Of a stretch of DNA of 64,000 bases, positions 51,985 through 64,000 are shown one piece after another (within the stretch, counting starts at the first letter, position 1; every line of letters starts with the position of its first letter). The notes under the pieces are model-generated. The model had not been told where the DNA came from, did not search any database, and saw nothing but the letters and a program-made list of their open reading frames with translations. A program made the translations under genes and the position numbers. The stretch comes from Octopus sinensis (Eukaryota): positions 58,404,001-58,468,000 of the forward strand of contig NC_043012.1 of the NCBI RefSeq assembly GCF_006345805.1. Reading direction: 5' to 3'.

Positions 51985-52932
51985 TGTGTGTGTGTGTGTG
52001 TGTGTTGTGTGTGTGTGTGGTATGTGTGTAGGCGTAGAAGTGGCTGTGTGGTAGGTAGCTTGCTTACCAACCACATGGTTCCGGGTTCAGTCCCACTGAG
52101 TGACACCTTCTACTATAGCCTCGGACCGACCAAAGCCTTGTGAGTTGATTCGGTAGACGGAAACTGAAAGAAGCCCGTCGTATATATGTATATATATAAT
52201 ATATATATATATATGTGTGTGTGTATGTTTGCATGTGTGTGTTTAAGTTTGTGTGTGTGTGTTTGTCCCCCCAAACATCGCTCGACAACCGATGCTAGTG
52301 TATTTACGTCCCCGTAACTTAGCGCTTCGGAAAAAGTACTAGGCTTACAAAGAATAAGTCCTGGGGTCGATCTGCTCGACTAAAGGCGGTGCTCCAGTAT
52401 GGCCACAGTTAAATGACTGAAACAAGTAAAATACACGTATATATATATATATATATAGTGAGAATTTACAAAAAACAATAGACGAAGACGGTTGAGTAAA
52501 CAACAAACATGTATTAGTTTAACGCTCAGGAAGTGAGAAAGTCTTTTACGTCTCGAGCCTACGCTCTTCGATAGAAACGAACAGAGAAATAAATAGGGTG
52601 AGAAAATAAAATAGAATTTGTGGCTAGCGATTTATCATACCGAATGCTGAACAAAGGGGTCACAGAGGAAGAAGGAGAGATAATAAAGTAGTGGTGATCC
52701 TAAAATGAAGTTGCGTGTGCGTCTGTATGTGAGAGCGTATATGAGCATGTTGAAGGGGGCTGGTGACCTTGACGTGTGCGTGTGTGCAGGGTGGGTGTGT
52801 GGATGATGATGTGGGTGTTGGAAAGTGGTCAGTGCTAGTATGTGCGGGGGGGGTGGTGTGGAGTGGTGTGGTATGGTGGTGTTGGCGTAGTGCGTGTGGT
52901 GTGGTGTTGTTTGGGTGTGTGTGTGTATGCGC

Positions 52933-52983
<51 letters not shown>

Positions 52984-53915
52984 TAGGCGTAGAAGTGGCG
53001 TGTGGTAGGTAGCTTGCTTACCAACACATGGTTCCGGGTTCAGTCCCACTGAGTGACACCTTCTACTATAGCCTCGACCGACCAAAGCCTTGTGAGTTGA
53101 TTCGGTAGACGGAAACTGAAAGAAGCCCGTCGTATATATGTATATATCTATATATATATATATATATAGTGTGTTGTATGTTTGCATGTGTTGTTTAAGT
53201 TTGTGTGTGTGTGTTTGTCCCCCCAAACATCGCTCGACAACCGATGCTAGTGTATTTACGTCCCCGTAACTTAGCGCTTCGGAAAAAGTACTAGCTTACA
53301 AGAATAAGTCCTGGGGTCGATCTGCTCGACTAAAGGCGGTGCTCCAGTATGGCCACACAGTTAAATGACTGAAACAAGTAAAATACACGTATATATATAT
53401 ATATATATATAGTGAGAATTTACAAAAAACAATAGACGAAGACGGTTGAGTAAACAACAAACATGTATTAGTTTAACGCTCAGGAAGTGAGAAAGTCTTT
53501 TACGTCTCGAGCCTACGCTCTTCGATAGAAACGAACAGAGAAATAAATAGGGTGAGAAAATAAAATAGAATTTGTGGCTAGCGATTTATCATACCGAATG
53601 CTGAACAAAGGGGTCACAGAGGAAGAAGGAGAGATAATAAAGTAGTGGTGATCCTAAAATGAAGTTGCGTGTGCGTCTGTATGTGAGAGCGTATATGAGC
53701 ATGTTGAAGGGGGCTGGTGACCTTGACGTGTGCGTGTGTGCAGGTGTGGGTGTGTGGATGATGATGTGGGTGTTGGAAAGTGGTCAGTGCTAGTATGTGC
53801 GGGGTGGTGTGATGTGGTGTGGTATGGTGGTGTTTGGCGTGGTGCTGTGTGGTGTGGTGTTGTTTGGGTGTGTGTGTGTATGCGCATATTATATATATGT
53901 GTGTGTGTGTGTGTC
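51985..53915 (+). repeat. Near-identical tandem duplication, period ~955 bp (each unit: SINE1 + family-A PLE unit + GT-rich tract)
   Basis: SINE heads at 52030 and 52985; family-A units at 52457-52639 and 53411-53594. Copies differ mostly by 1-2 bp indels. Confidence 0.93.
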
Positions 53916-54452
53916 TTTCAGCTTGTCTCCTCAATATTTGACAACCGACGTTGGTTTGTTAACGTCCTTGTAATTAAGTCGTTGGACAAAAAGCATGATA
54001 GAACAAGTAACATATGTAATTTCTGTATTCGATTTGTTCGAGTAAGCCGTTCAAATCGCTACGCCAACCCAATGACTATAATTAAACGAATAATTGAACG
54101 AAAATACACACTAACATACGTATGTATGTATGTTTGTATGTATGTATGTATGTATGTATGTATGTATGCATGTATGTATGTATGTATTTATGTATGTATG
54201 TATGTATTATGACATTGTTCAGTTTTCTTTCAATATATTTTGCCATTTGAAAAAGAACCGTCTTCTAAGATCTAAGGCCCCCTAATTGGAATTTCAGCAC
54301 CAACGACAGGGAATTTTTGTTTGTATGTATGTATATGTGCACATCAGTATGTTTCGTTTTATGTATGTATTCTCATGCATACATAGACATGCTCATATAT
54401 ATCTAAATGTACGTATGTATGTTATGTATGTAAGTACGTATATTCTCTTTTT

Positions 54453-54696
54453 AAAAATTTAGTGTAAATATTATCCGGCCACCTACTTGATAGCAAGGTT
54501 GTGAAAGAAATCATTTTCTTTTGTTCAAATGTTAAGAAGGTCTTGCAGACTTTTATTGTTCCTGATATCGTGATCATTTGTAGGGTACGATTTGCTTTCT
54601 TCTCTAAAGATCACAAATGTTCAGCCATACTTCTTTCCAGATGGGTTTGTATCCATCCTGCTGCTCCAATAACGGTAGGTATGCATCTATACATAT
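54453..54696 (-). mobile_element. R4/Dong-like (RLE) non-LTR retrotransposon 3' end, copy 1
   Basis: YRCIPTVIGAAGWIQTHLERSM...RTLQMITISGTIKVCKTFLTF resembles the IPIVIGALG...LQ...GT.K.C..FL C-terminus; flanked by (TATG)n. Confidence 0.65.
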
Positions 54697-54700
54697 GTCA

Positions 54701-54885
54701 CCATGATAGATCGCTAGCTACTACACACATTCTTTCTCTCCTTGTTTTTTCTGTGTCCCTTTCTGTAGAAGAGCGTAGAATCGAAACGTAAAAGACTTTT
54801 TCTATTCCCGAGCGTTATATTAATACATCTGTTTGTTTTGTACACCACATATCTTCGTCTTTTGTTTTTTTCGTAAACTCTCCCT
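54701..54885 (+). mobile_element. PLE-derived short unit, family A, hammerhead at 54759-54794
   Basis: cttt-CTGTAGA-a-gagc(gtag)aatc-GAA-ACGT-A-aaag. Confidence 0.75.
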
Positions 54886-54889
54886 ATAC

Positions 54890-54920
<31 letters not shown>

Positions 54921-55000
54921 TGTATGTATGTATGTATGTATGTATGTATGTATGTATGTATGTGTGTGTGTGTGTATGTATGTATGTTCACTGTCTTTTA

Positions 55001-55214
55001 ATTTAGTGTAAATTTTGACCGGCCACCTAACTGGTAGCAAGGTTGTGAAGGAACGTATCTTCTTTTAACCATTATCCTTCAAATCTGAAGTAGAGTATGA
55101 ATTAAGGATTTGTGTTCTCTCCCCAACATCCCAAGTTCAGCCATACTTTGCTCGAAACGGGTTGGTATGTATTCTGCTGCTCCGATAAAGATAGATATGA
55201 AGCCGAAAGTATAT
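55001..55214 (-). mobile_element. R4/Dong-like 3' end, copy 2
   Basis: YTFGFISIFIGAAEYIPTRFEQSMAELG...IHTL; shares the 3'UTR cttcacaaccttgcta...ggtggccgg...tttacactaaatt with copy 1; embedded in (TATG)n. Confidence 0.65.
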
Positions 55215-55224
55215 ACACGTATAC

Positions 55225-55321
55225 ATATGTATGTCTGTCTGTACGTATGTATGTATGTATGTATGTATGTATGTATGTATGTATGTATGTATGTATGTAT
55301 GTATGTATGTATGTATGTATA

Positions 55322-55352
<31 letters not shown>

Positions 55353-55388
55353 TGTATGTGTGTATGTATGTATATATATGTATGTATG

Positions 55389-55420
<32 letters not shown>

Positions 55421-55500
55421 TGTATGTATGTATGTATGTATATGTATGTTGTATGTATGTATGTATGTATGTATGTATGTATGTATGTATGTATGTTCGC
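55225..55500. repeat. (TATG)n microsatellite
   Basis: Direct reading. Confidence 0.95.
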
Positions 55501-56737
55501 AAGCACGTATGTGTGTATAAAATCGTACCAATCTTTTTACATAATGCAGCGTTTCGCATTTAACACACATCAGAATTTATCTGATGAACGTATATATGTT
55601 AATGGAGATATATCACATGAACACATATGGAAGCATACAGCAAAACAAATTGCTTTATCGAAATGATATTTTCAATTAAACCAATAGATTACTTATTTTT
55701 CTCAATTCCATAATTATTATAAATTTGATATAAATTTAGAATTACTTATTTTCTCTAGTAACTTTATACGAGACAATAGTTACTATTTCTCTATTTGTAA
55801 TATGGAAAAATGGAAAAGAATTTCTAAATTTCATTAAACAAGGATCTATCAGTAATAATTTTATATTAGCAATGTATTGTGGGATTAAATGTTGAACAAT
55901 AGGAAAACTTAGATAAATGTATATATTTGATATATGTGTATGGTCGTTAATTTTAATAACGATATACTAAATGAAAGCAGTTTAATATCTCCAACAAATT
56001 AATTCTGTAATGAATATATTTTTTGATTGTGTGTCTGCTGACAAGCCATTGTAGAAAATAAAATATAACTGCGAGAAATACGACTGCAGCAATGCTACTT
56101 CAACGCTGTTTTCTCATTAATCACTTAAAGGAAATACATGTGTTATTTGTGTAAATATTCATGTAAGTGACAAATAGCAACGAAAAATTATAAATAGTTA
56201 TCAATATTTATCTTTGTCGCGCGTGTTTAAATGATACCTCCTGCTAGGCGTTGTAAGTGTGTATTTGTGATGATCTATATGGAAAGCTAACTCCCTTGTG
56301 TTTCACTAAGTATGAAATATTTCGCCTAGAAGGCGAAAAAATATTTAATATCTTTTCAACAAAAACCTCTTCTTGCATTTCACGGAAAACGTTCCCGCAA
56401 ATTTTTACTAAGTAATAGCATTTGATGTGAAACCTCATTTGTACTTTGTTGATATTCTAAAATCTTGTCACGGTACATCATATCAAAATATTTTCCTTTC
56501 CCAAGGCTTCTTTGGGAAACATCTTCATTTTCATGTTCATCTCCCCTCCTTGCCCTACCACCCATTCTCGTCCGTTTTCTTTTTCTTCTCTGATTTAGAT
56601 TCGGGGAAAAAAAAAGCTAATTTTTATATCGTGCAAAGTCGTTACTTTAAGCGTATTACAATTCCAACATCCCTATTAAAAATACCAACTTGCAAGAATT
56701 ATATAGATGAACAAGTTAAGCCCCCCTGGAGTGAAAA

Positions 56738-56756
56738 TGTCAGCAGGTGGCGCTCA
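56738..56756 (+). promoter_or_regulatory. Possible CTCF-binding motif
   Basis: tgtCAGCAGGTGGCGCTca resembles CCASYAGRKGGCRS with one mismatch, in otherwise AT-rich unique DNA. Confidence 0.3.
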
Positions 56757-57412
56757 AAATAGCGTGGTTGATGTATAGTTCAACTCCTGCTAGTTATTAA
56801 ATGAAGGTAGATGTAAACGAGAAGAATGTTAGCTGGAGAAGCAATCTTAATCTTAGAAAGACTAGATTGTATTTTAAAAAATATCGACTCCCTAATTCTG
56901 CTGACAATCAAGAGAGGAATATTCAGTATTTAATGTAATGTGAATGCTACTTTCCTCTACGTTCCCCTTCTACCTCAAAATATATATATAAAAAAATAAG
57001 CAAGGTATTTTTCATATAATTCATTATTTGATATCAGTGTATGTTTGTTTTTTGTCTTTTTAAACTGCTGCAAGTTATACAAGATATGCAACCTGCATTA
57101 GAACTACAATTTTTCCTCTACCATATCAATAATTGATATTTCACTGCTTGCATGTTTCATATTAGTTATTTCGATTTGGTTTTATTTTGTTGATATCCTT
57201 CTTTTTTTCTTTTTATTTTCTCTTTTTTTGCGGGAGGGCTTAAAGCCATTCACATGTTAGAAGGAGTCTCTCATCTGATTATTTGAGAAATGTCCTAAAT
57301 TGTTGCTTTAACGAAAAAAAGAAAACCAAAAAATAAAAAACAAAACAAAACATCCCAATTGCATTTTATATTTTCACATTTACGTGTGAGATTATATAAT
57401 AAATACGATTCT

Positions 57413-57453
<41 letters not shown>

Positions 57454-57963
57454 TTCTATATCTCTCACTCTGTATACATTCGTACTTAGAAAGATAGCAT
57501 CCGCCGTATATATATATATATATATATTATATTATATATATATATATATGTATGTATGTGTGTGTATGTGTGTCTGAGTACATATACATGTACTCACAAA
57601 AGCACACACGTGTATATATATTTATATACACCACTTTGTGCTGCCAAGCAAAGTTAACCAAAATTATATTCTTGACGCGGTTTCAAATCAAAATCTTTCT
57701 CTTTCGAACATTTTCTTACAGTTTGTTGCTTTGATTTATAAGATTAGAATTCCCATCTGTCGTAAAAGAGCCATTTAAAAAAAAAATTACAGCACAGAAT
57801 AAAACCTGTTGAATTTACTGCCAATTATGTATTAAGGTATCCAAATCTTTAAATAGCTAAAGTCTCTCTAACCTAACGTTATTGCTTCAGCTTCAACACA
57901 GAGTTACAGATCAAATCCCTTCTTAATACAAACACAGCTCCCAAATTATTATTCAATTCTGTT

Positions 57964-58140
57964 AAGGCGGCGATTAGACAAACATAAAGATTAGCGTCAT
58001 TTCTTCCAGCGTTACGTTCTGGCTTCAAATCCTGCCAATGTCGTTTTTGCTTTCAACTCTTTCGGGATCGAGCGCTGGAATTGATATAATAGATTTACCA
58101 CCTTCCTTAAAACTGTTCCGCTTAGGCCAAAGTTTGAAAC
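57964..58140 (+). mobile_element. SINE family 3, decayed
   Basis: aaggcggcga...ttacgttctggcttcaaatcctgcc...ctttcaactctttcgggatcga. Confidence 0.6.
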
Positions 58141-58379
58141 TATTCAATTCTATAGTGATTTTAGTGTTCTTAAAATCTTCCCCATCTATGAAGACCAACT
58201 TATGTTCCATTGCCAGAATATCTCATTTTCATAATTAAGATTTCCTTAAAGTACCATTCAAGTACTGTGGTAATTTTAACGGACTGGAACCCCTCCACCA
58301 AATTCCAAGCATTGCTCCCATATTATTAACAATTATTCAGATTTTTGTAGCTGTAAATATGTTCAAAATATGGGTAAAA

Positions 58380-58790
58380 TTTCTTCTTCTTCTTCTTCTT
58401 CTTCTTCTTCTTCTTCTTCTTCTTCTTCTTCTTCTTCTTCTTCTTCTTCTTCTCCTCCTCCTCCTCCTCCTCCTCCTTCTTCTTCTTCTTCTTCTCCTCC
58501 TCCTACTCCTCTTCTTCTGCTACTGCTGCTGTTGTTGTTCTTCTTCCTACTCTTCCTCCCCTCTTCCTTCTACTTCTTTTCTTTTCTCTCTGTATGTATG
58601 TATCATGAATGCGTATGTATGTATGCATATATGTATGTATGCATGAATGTATGTATGTATGCATATATGTATGTATGCATGAATGTATGTATGTATGACC
58701 GTATGTATATATTTGTGCATGTGTATGTATGTATGTATGTATGTATGCACGTCTGTGTATGTATGTATGTATGTATGCATGTGCTATATG
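58380..58790. repeat. (TCT)n/(CCT)n plus (TATG)n microsatellites
   Basis: Direct reading. Confidence 0.92.
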
Positions 58791-59288
58791 TCTATATGTG
58801 CACTCGTTTGCTTCTTTAACCAATATATATATATAATTTTCGAACACACCCCTTGTGATATTTGTTCTGCATCCAGTTACACGGACGCTTCTTTTGTTAT
58901 TCTCTCCGTCCATCGGAAATACCAGTGACTGAACCACTAGTTACCTGTTACCAATATTGTTCACCAGTTGGGACGCAAAATTAATTTAAAAAAACCTGGG
59001 GCCGTTACTTTAATAAAAGTCACGGTGCATATTTGCCTATGAGCATGAACGTCAGTCATTATCGTATAAATCTATGAAGTATAAGATTTAAAATCCTGTT
59101 CAGATATAATATACAACACGGGGTTTCAGAAATATTAATTTCACACTTGAATAATTGACAGTATGTGATAGAGACAACGAGGAAGGCCGTGTGTGCTAAC
59201 TCGATCAGCAAAAATAGCAGTCAAATCTCCTCCTTCAAACTACATAATACTGAGTTAGAAAAGAAGGAAACACATTTGATATTATGTA

Positions 59289-59838
59289 TTGGGTTGTCCG
59301 GAAAGTTCGTGCCGATTTATAGTAGCTTACCTTTCGACTTATTTTAGAACATGGTTGAGTCCATAAAATAGGATTTGACTTCACCTCCATTTAGAGCACT
59401 GTTTTAAGCTATCTTTTCGTGGAAGAAGGCTTTGTTTCCTATAACCTGTGTTATTCTGTAACCCTTTAAAAATAAAGATAAGAAAGTTCATTTTCGGCAC
59501 TTGATGCTTTGGAAACCAGACAAAAAATGCTGCAGCTCGGCTGGGATGTGTTACCCCACCCTCCATATTTACCAGAGATTGTTCCTTCGGATTTCCACTT
59601 ATTCAGGTCTCTGCAGAATAGTCTTAATAGTAAAAATTTCAATTCCTTGGATTACGTACAAAGATACCTTGATGAATTCTTTGCCATGAAGCCACCTCAA
59701 TTCTGGGAAGAGTGTATTTTCAAGCTAAAGGAAAGATGGAGACGCATTCTGTAACAAAAAGGTTCATATTTGGTTGTTTAAAAATATTTACTGACCTCTT
59801 TCCTTTAAAAACCGGCACGAACTTTCCGGACAACCCAA
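59289..59838 (+). mobile_element. Complete 550-bp non-autonomous mariner element (MITE-like)
   Basis: Perfect 26-bp TIRs ttgggttgtccggaaagttcgtgccg / cggcacgaactttccggacaacccaa, each flanked by TA. Transposase start (KDKKVHFRHL) is fused to the C-terminus (TRQKMLQLGWDVLPHPPY...). Confidence 0.95.
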
Positions 59839-60017
59839 TATAATGTTTGCTGTTTCGGCACGAGAAAGGTATGATCAATTGTCAACTGGTATCTACAGAG
59901 GGTTTATACAAATAATCTGTTCAAAATTATGGTATGCCAACGTAGACTATTGCTCTACTAGAAACAGCAGCTAAACTCACCCTGATATAATACCCGCCTG
60001 TTTTTAATGATGTAGAG

Positions 60018-60393
60018 AAGTGGTTCGCAACCATTTTTTCCTCTGGACCCTTTTGATGTCTATTTTACTCGGATAATCAATCATAGCCAATCGATGTTTA
60101 AAGCAATATCTATTATATTTTTATAACAAAAATATTAAGGAATGTGTTCTTTCTATTATTCTTTTCATTTGTTTCAGTCATTTGACTGCGGCCATGCTGG
60201 AGCACCACCTTTACTCGAGCAAATCGACCACAGGACTTATTCTGTGTAAGCCTAGTACTTTTTCTATCGGTACCTTTTGCCGAGCCGCTAAGTTACGGCG
60301 ACATAAACACACCAGCATCAGTTGTCAAGCGATGTTGGGGGGCGGGGGGCAAAAACACAAACACATACACACACATTCATATATATTCATATA

Positions 60394-60442
<49 letters not shown>

Positions 60443-60762
60443 CATATATACATACATATATACATATATATATGATGGGATTCTTTCAGTTTCCGTCTAC
60501 CAAATCCATTCACAAAGCCTTGGGCGGCCCGAGGCTATAGTAGAAGACACTTTCCCAAGGTGTCACGCAGTGGGATTGAACCCGAAACCATGTGGCTGGT
60601 AAGCAATCTACTTACCACACAGTCACTCCTGCGCCTATGTAAAAAAAATAATTCTTGAAATATTTTGTGTATTGTGGAATAATCAATTTATTGCACGTAA
60701 ATTTTAACAACAAAATCTTATGTGGATTTCAAGAGCCATATGAACCCTAGTTGAGAACCGAT
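60018..60762. mobile_element. Possible hAT-type MITE interrupted by a SINE
   Basis: Ends agtggttcgcaacc ... agttgagaaccgat resemble cagtggttcccaac/gttgagaaccactg hAT termini. Confidence 0.45.
60155..60636 (-). mobile_element. SINE family 1, full length
   Basis: Colinear with other copies; ends cctgcgcct. Confidence 0.9.
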
Positions 60763-60920
60763 AGTGGCTAATGTAACAGATAGTGTCTAATATAAAAGTC
60801 GGTACCACATCTCTACGAGAGAGATGGGATTGTTTCTAATCATAGTTTCATTCGATCATTGCATGTCTAAGTTCTTAATGTCTTACAGCATCAAAAATAA
60901 CAACAGCTATCATTAGCATT

Positions 60921-61285
60921 TACTCTTGCTCTCTTTTACTCTTTTAGTTGTTTCAGCCATTTGACTGTGGCCATGCTGGAGCACCGCCTTTAGTCGAACA
61001 AATAGACCCCCTAGTACTTATTCTTTGTAAGCCTAGTACCTTTTCTGTCGAATCTCTTTTTGTCGAACCGCTAGGGTTACAGAAACGTAAACACACTAGC
61101 ATCGGTTGTCAAGCGATGTTGGGGCGACAAACACAGACACACACACACACATATATATATATATACATATATACGACGGGCTTCTTTCAGCTTCTGTCTA
61201 CCAAATCCACTCAGAAGGCTTTGGTCGGCCCAAGGTGCCACGCAGTGAGACTGAACCTGGAACCATGTGGTTCGTAAGCAAGTAG
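60921..61285 (-). mobile_element. SINE family 1
   Basis: Colinear with other copies, with a small deletion in the head region. Confidence 0.88.
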
Positions 61286-61455
61286 CTATTAAATTGCGGC
61301 CATACTGAGGCATCACCCCGAAGACGTCATTACAATATATCGGTGTGTTTTGCTATGTTACGTGAATATAAAGGAACCATCATCGGGTTCCACGTATTAT
61401 ATGTGTTTCTTTATGTATTTCATTATTACAGCAGCGCATTATTTCAATTACATTT

Positions 61456-61600
61456 AAGGTTGTGAGCTGGCATAATAGTTAATATGCCGAGCAAAGTGCA
61501 TAGCAGTATTTTGTCTGTCTATACGTTCTGAGTTCAACTCTTGCCGAGGTCGACTTTGCCTTTTATCCATTCGAGGGTCGAAATATATGTTTTCTCCCAG
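61456..61600 (+). mobile_element. SINE family 3
   Basis: aaggttgtgagctggcataatagtt...tacgttctgagttcaactcttgccgaggtcgactttgccttttatcc. Confidence 0.75.
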
Positions 61601-61730
61601 AAATTATATTTATACCCTACACTAGAATTAAAGTACACCTCTCTAAACTTAACCCTAGACAAGCGCGCACACATATTGGATATCCAAACCCTCCCGTTAT
61701 GATTAGACTCTCTCGACCCCTAGCATTCAC

Positions 61731-62581
61731 ATGCACAAGACTCAATCTAAGAATACTTATATCAAACCTTCCAACTCTCCTCTAACATACACTATGAATC
61801 ATACCTCATCAAATTTACCTAGTAAAAGCAGTAGGAGATCTATTCTCTGGTATATACCTCCATTCGCTTTAAACTTTAAGGGCCTCGCTAAAACATTCTT
61901 TAAAATAATAGACTCTAATTTCGTACGTAACTACAAATAACATTCTATCTTTAGCAGATCCACTTTGAAATTATCTTATTCCTCAACACCAAATATAGAA
62001 TCTATTATCACCTCATCTAATAAACGTAACCTTAGCTTTTACTATCTAAATGCATACAAACCTACCATAGACTTACACAATGAAAACACTAATACCGATC
62101 GCAATAACATATCTAATACCCCTGGTTCTACCTCTTTAAGTAACTTAAACATACATAATATCATCCTCACCTCGGAGGGTAACGGGCACACAGTCAAAAC
62201 CGACGCAAGATCTAATAGGCACACTGATACTAAGAGTAATATATTATAATCACTACAACTAATAATACCTATGCTACATCTACTAATATGACTAGTAATA
62301 ATATTAATAGTAGCACCAAGGGCAATATTACTATTACTGAAAATGATACTACTACTAACACTCCTACCACAAACGCAAATATTAATAGTTGCAATAACAT
62401 CACGAATACTACCTACACTACTGCTAGTACTAACATTACTACTACTAACATTACTACTACTAATACTATTACTACTGCTGTCGCTGCTGCTACTGCTGCT
62501 GCTACTATTACTAGTACTTTTACTACAATTACTAGTAATAATAATAATAATTCTATTAGCGATGCCAATAACAATAATGAC

Positions 62582-62652
<71 letters not shown>

Positions 62653-63097
62653 TAATAATAATAATGATAATAATAATGGTAACGATGTCGTTGACATTGA
62701 TAGTAGAAATGACGGCAATGATAACAGCAACATCACGAACAATTCACCCATAACTACCCTAGTCTTTAGCTTGTCCACTAGTAGCACTACCTCATCTCTC
62801 TCTCCAACAAACCATCGTGGAACTGATAGCTGCAATTGCAGATCTGGGACAAACTGTCCTCTGCAAGCCCATTGTAGAAAATTCAACGTCGTATACCATT
62901 GTACCGTTCACAACATAGAAATTAACTCCAATAGATACTACATTGGATCAACCACAATTTTAAAGCCAAGATGTTATGCACATTTAAACTCTTTTAAATA
63001 TAAAGAGAACAGCAATTCCACATCACTAGCCAGCCATATAATTAATAGAAACATACAATGTAGACTTTCCTGGGCTATAATAGATTTGGGTGTATAA
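61731..63097 (+). pseudogene. Penelope-like element C-terminal ORF remnant: post-RT region, microsatellite-expanded linker, GIY-YIG endonuclease
   Basis: RRSILWYIPPF...FFKIIDSNF...IFSRSTLKLSYSSTPNIESII..SNK (one in-frame stop), a frameshift near 62240, then a T/N-rich linker, then CNCR...CPL...C...VVY...YYIGST...K.R...H..SF.....NSTSLASH...I.W.II. Confidence 0.9.
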
Positions 63098-63720
63098 TAG
63101 ATTTTGCTAAGTAATAAATTTTGCTAAATATATCTCTACAGTCACTGACCTGAGCCACTAGCACTTACTACTAGATTTCCTTCCCAGCCCCTACTGACTT
63201 GAATAGCACCTACTATTCTCTGAATTCCTTTTAAATTTTACTTTATTTTGTTTTTTATGTTAGCTTCATTTACCTCTTCCTCCTCCTCCTTCTCTCTCCT
63301 TATTTTCCCTTATATATTTGTTTATTTATTTATCTTCTTCGATATTTTCTACACTTTATTCTAATACATTATATCCTTATACACCTTATTTTATCCTTAA
63401 TTTCCTCCCACAATCTCTCTAACTCTCTATTTTTTTAATCTTCTTTCTTTTTACCATCTAACAGCCACCTCTGCTACCATTCTGCTATTGAACGTTGATA
63501 TGTTCACGTCTATTTCTGGATATTTACATAATTAGGACTTTAACTAACATGGATTTACACAGGATTGCACTTGAGGACTTATGGACTTACTTCAATGGGA
63601 TCGGAAAGTTAAACTGTGAGCATTTATGCTTCTTTTTCTCCTCTTCCTTCATCTCCTTATTCGTTTTCTCCTGTACTCTGTGTCTTCATTTCATTAATCT
63701 ATACCCTTCTCATTTCCCCT

Positions 63721-63780
63721 GTTTGTAGACGATGATGGAATATCCCACACTCTGGGATAACACAGAAATAGCTATAGGAC
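63721..63780 (+). ncRNA. Degenerate hammerhead motif 3' of the Penelope endonuclease
   Basis: acgatga-tgg..tatccca(cactc)tgggata..ca-GAA-ATAGCTAT-A-ggac: 7-bp perfect stem II and palindromic stem III, but the core start and stem I are mutated. Confidence 0.5.
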
Positions 63781-63864
63781 TTTCAATTTTTCCAATAATA
63801 AAAAGGTATATGACTTCAGAAGTTTGTCTTGCCTTAACGTTTGTTGCCATCTTTAACAATTATA

Positions 63865-63892
63865 TTATATATATAATATATATATATATATG

Positions 63893-63956
<64 letters not shown>

Positions 63957-63962
63957 ATATAT
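63865..63962. repeat. (TA)n microsatellite
   Basis: Direct reading. Confidence 0.95.
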
Positions 63963-64000
63963 AATACCTGTACATATCTCCAACCTTCCAATATTATATA

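Noticed and set aside
1-64000. CRISPR arrays, operons or other prokaryotic systems
   Set aside because: No regular repeat-spacer arrays or gene-dense coding; the sequence is eukaryotic and repeat-dominated.

Overview
This is AT-rich eukaryotic DNA dense in (TA)n, (TATG)n, (CA)n, (GA)n and (AAT)n microsatellites. The repeat repertoire suggests a cephalopod, probably Octopus (my inference). No complete host gene is visible; most listed ORFs are microsatellite artefacts, and only one or two isolated exon candidates exist. The window is mostly decayed transposons: about 17 copies or fragments of one tRNA-type SINE with an internal microsatellite, two further SINE families, mariner and maT-type elements, two CR1-like LINE 3' ends, two R4/Dong-like 3' ends in (TATG)n tracts, and Penelope-like elements (PLEs: an RT remnant at ~21.5-22.1 kb and a GIY-YIG remnant at ~61.7-63.1 kb). 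The strongest hidden signal is a set of minimal type-I hammerhead ribozyme (HHR) motifs with palindromic stem III. They belong to at least four sequence families. Two lie just 3' of the Penelope coding remnants, several lie in short ~185-215 bp stand-alone units (one family carries U at core position 6), and others are folded into long perfect hairpins. Also present: a decayed 5S rRNA copy abutting a SINE, a 214-bp inverted local insertion inside a mariner MITE, and two near-identical tandem duplications that may be assembly artefacts. All family assignments come from motif recognition by eye, with no database searches.
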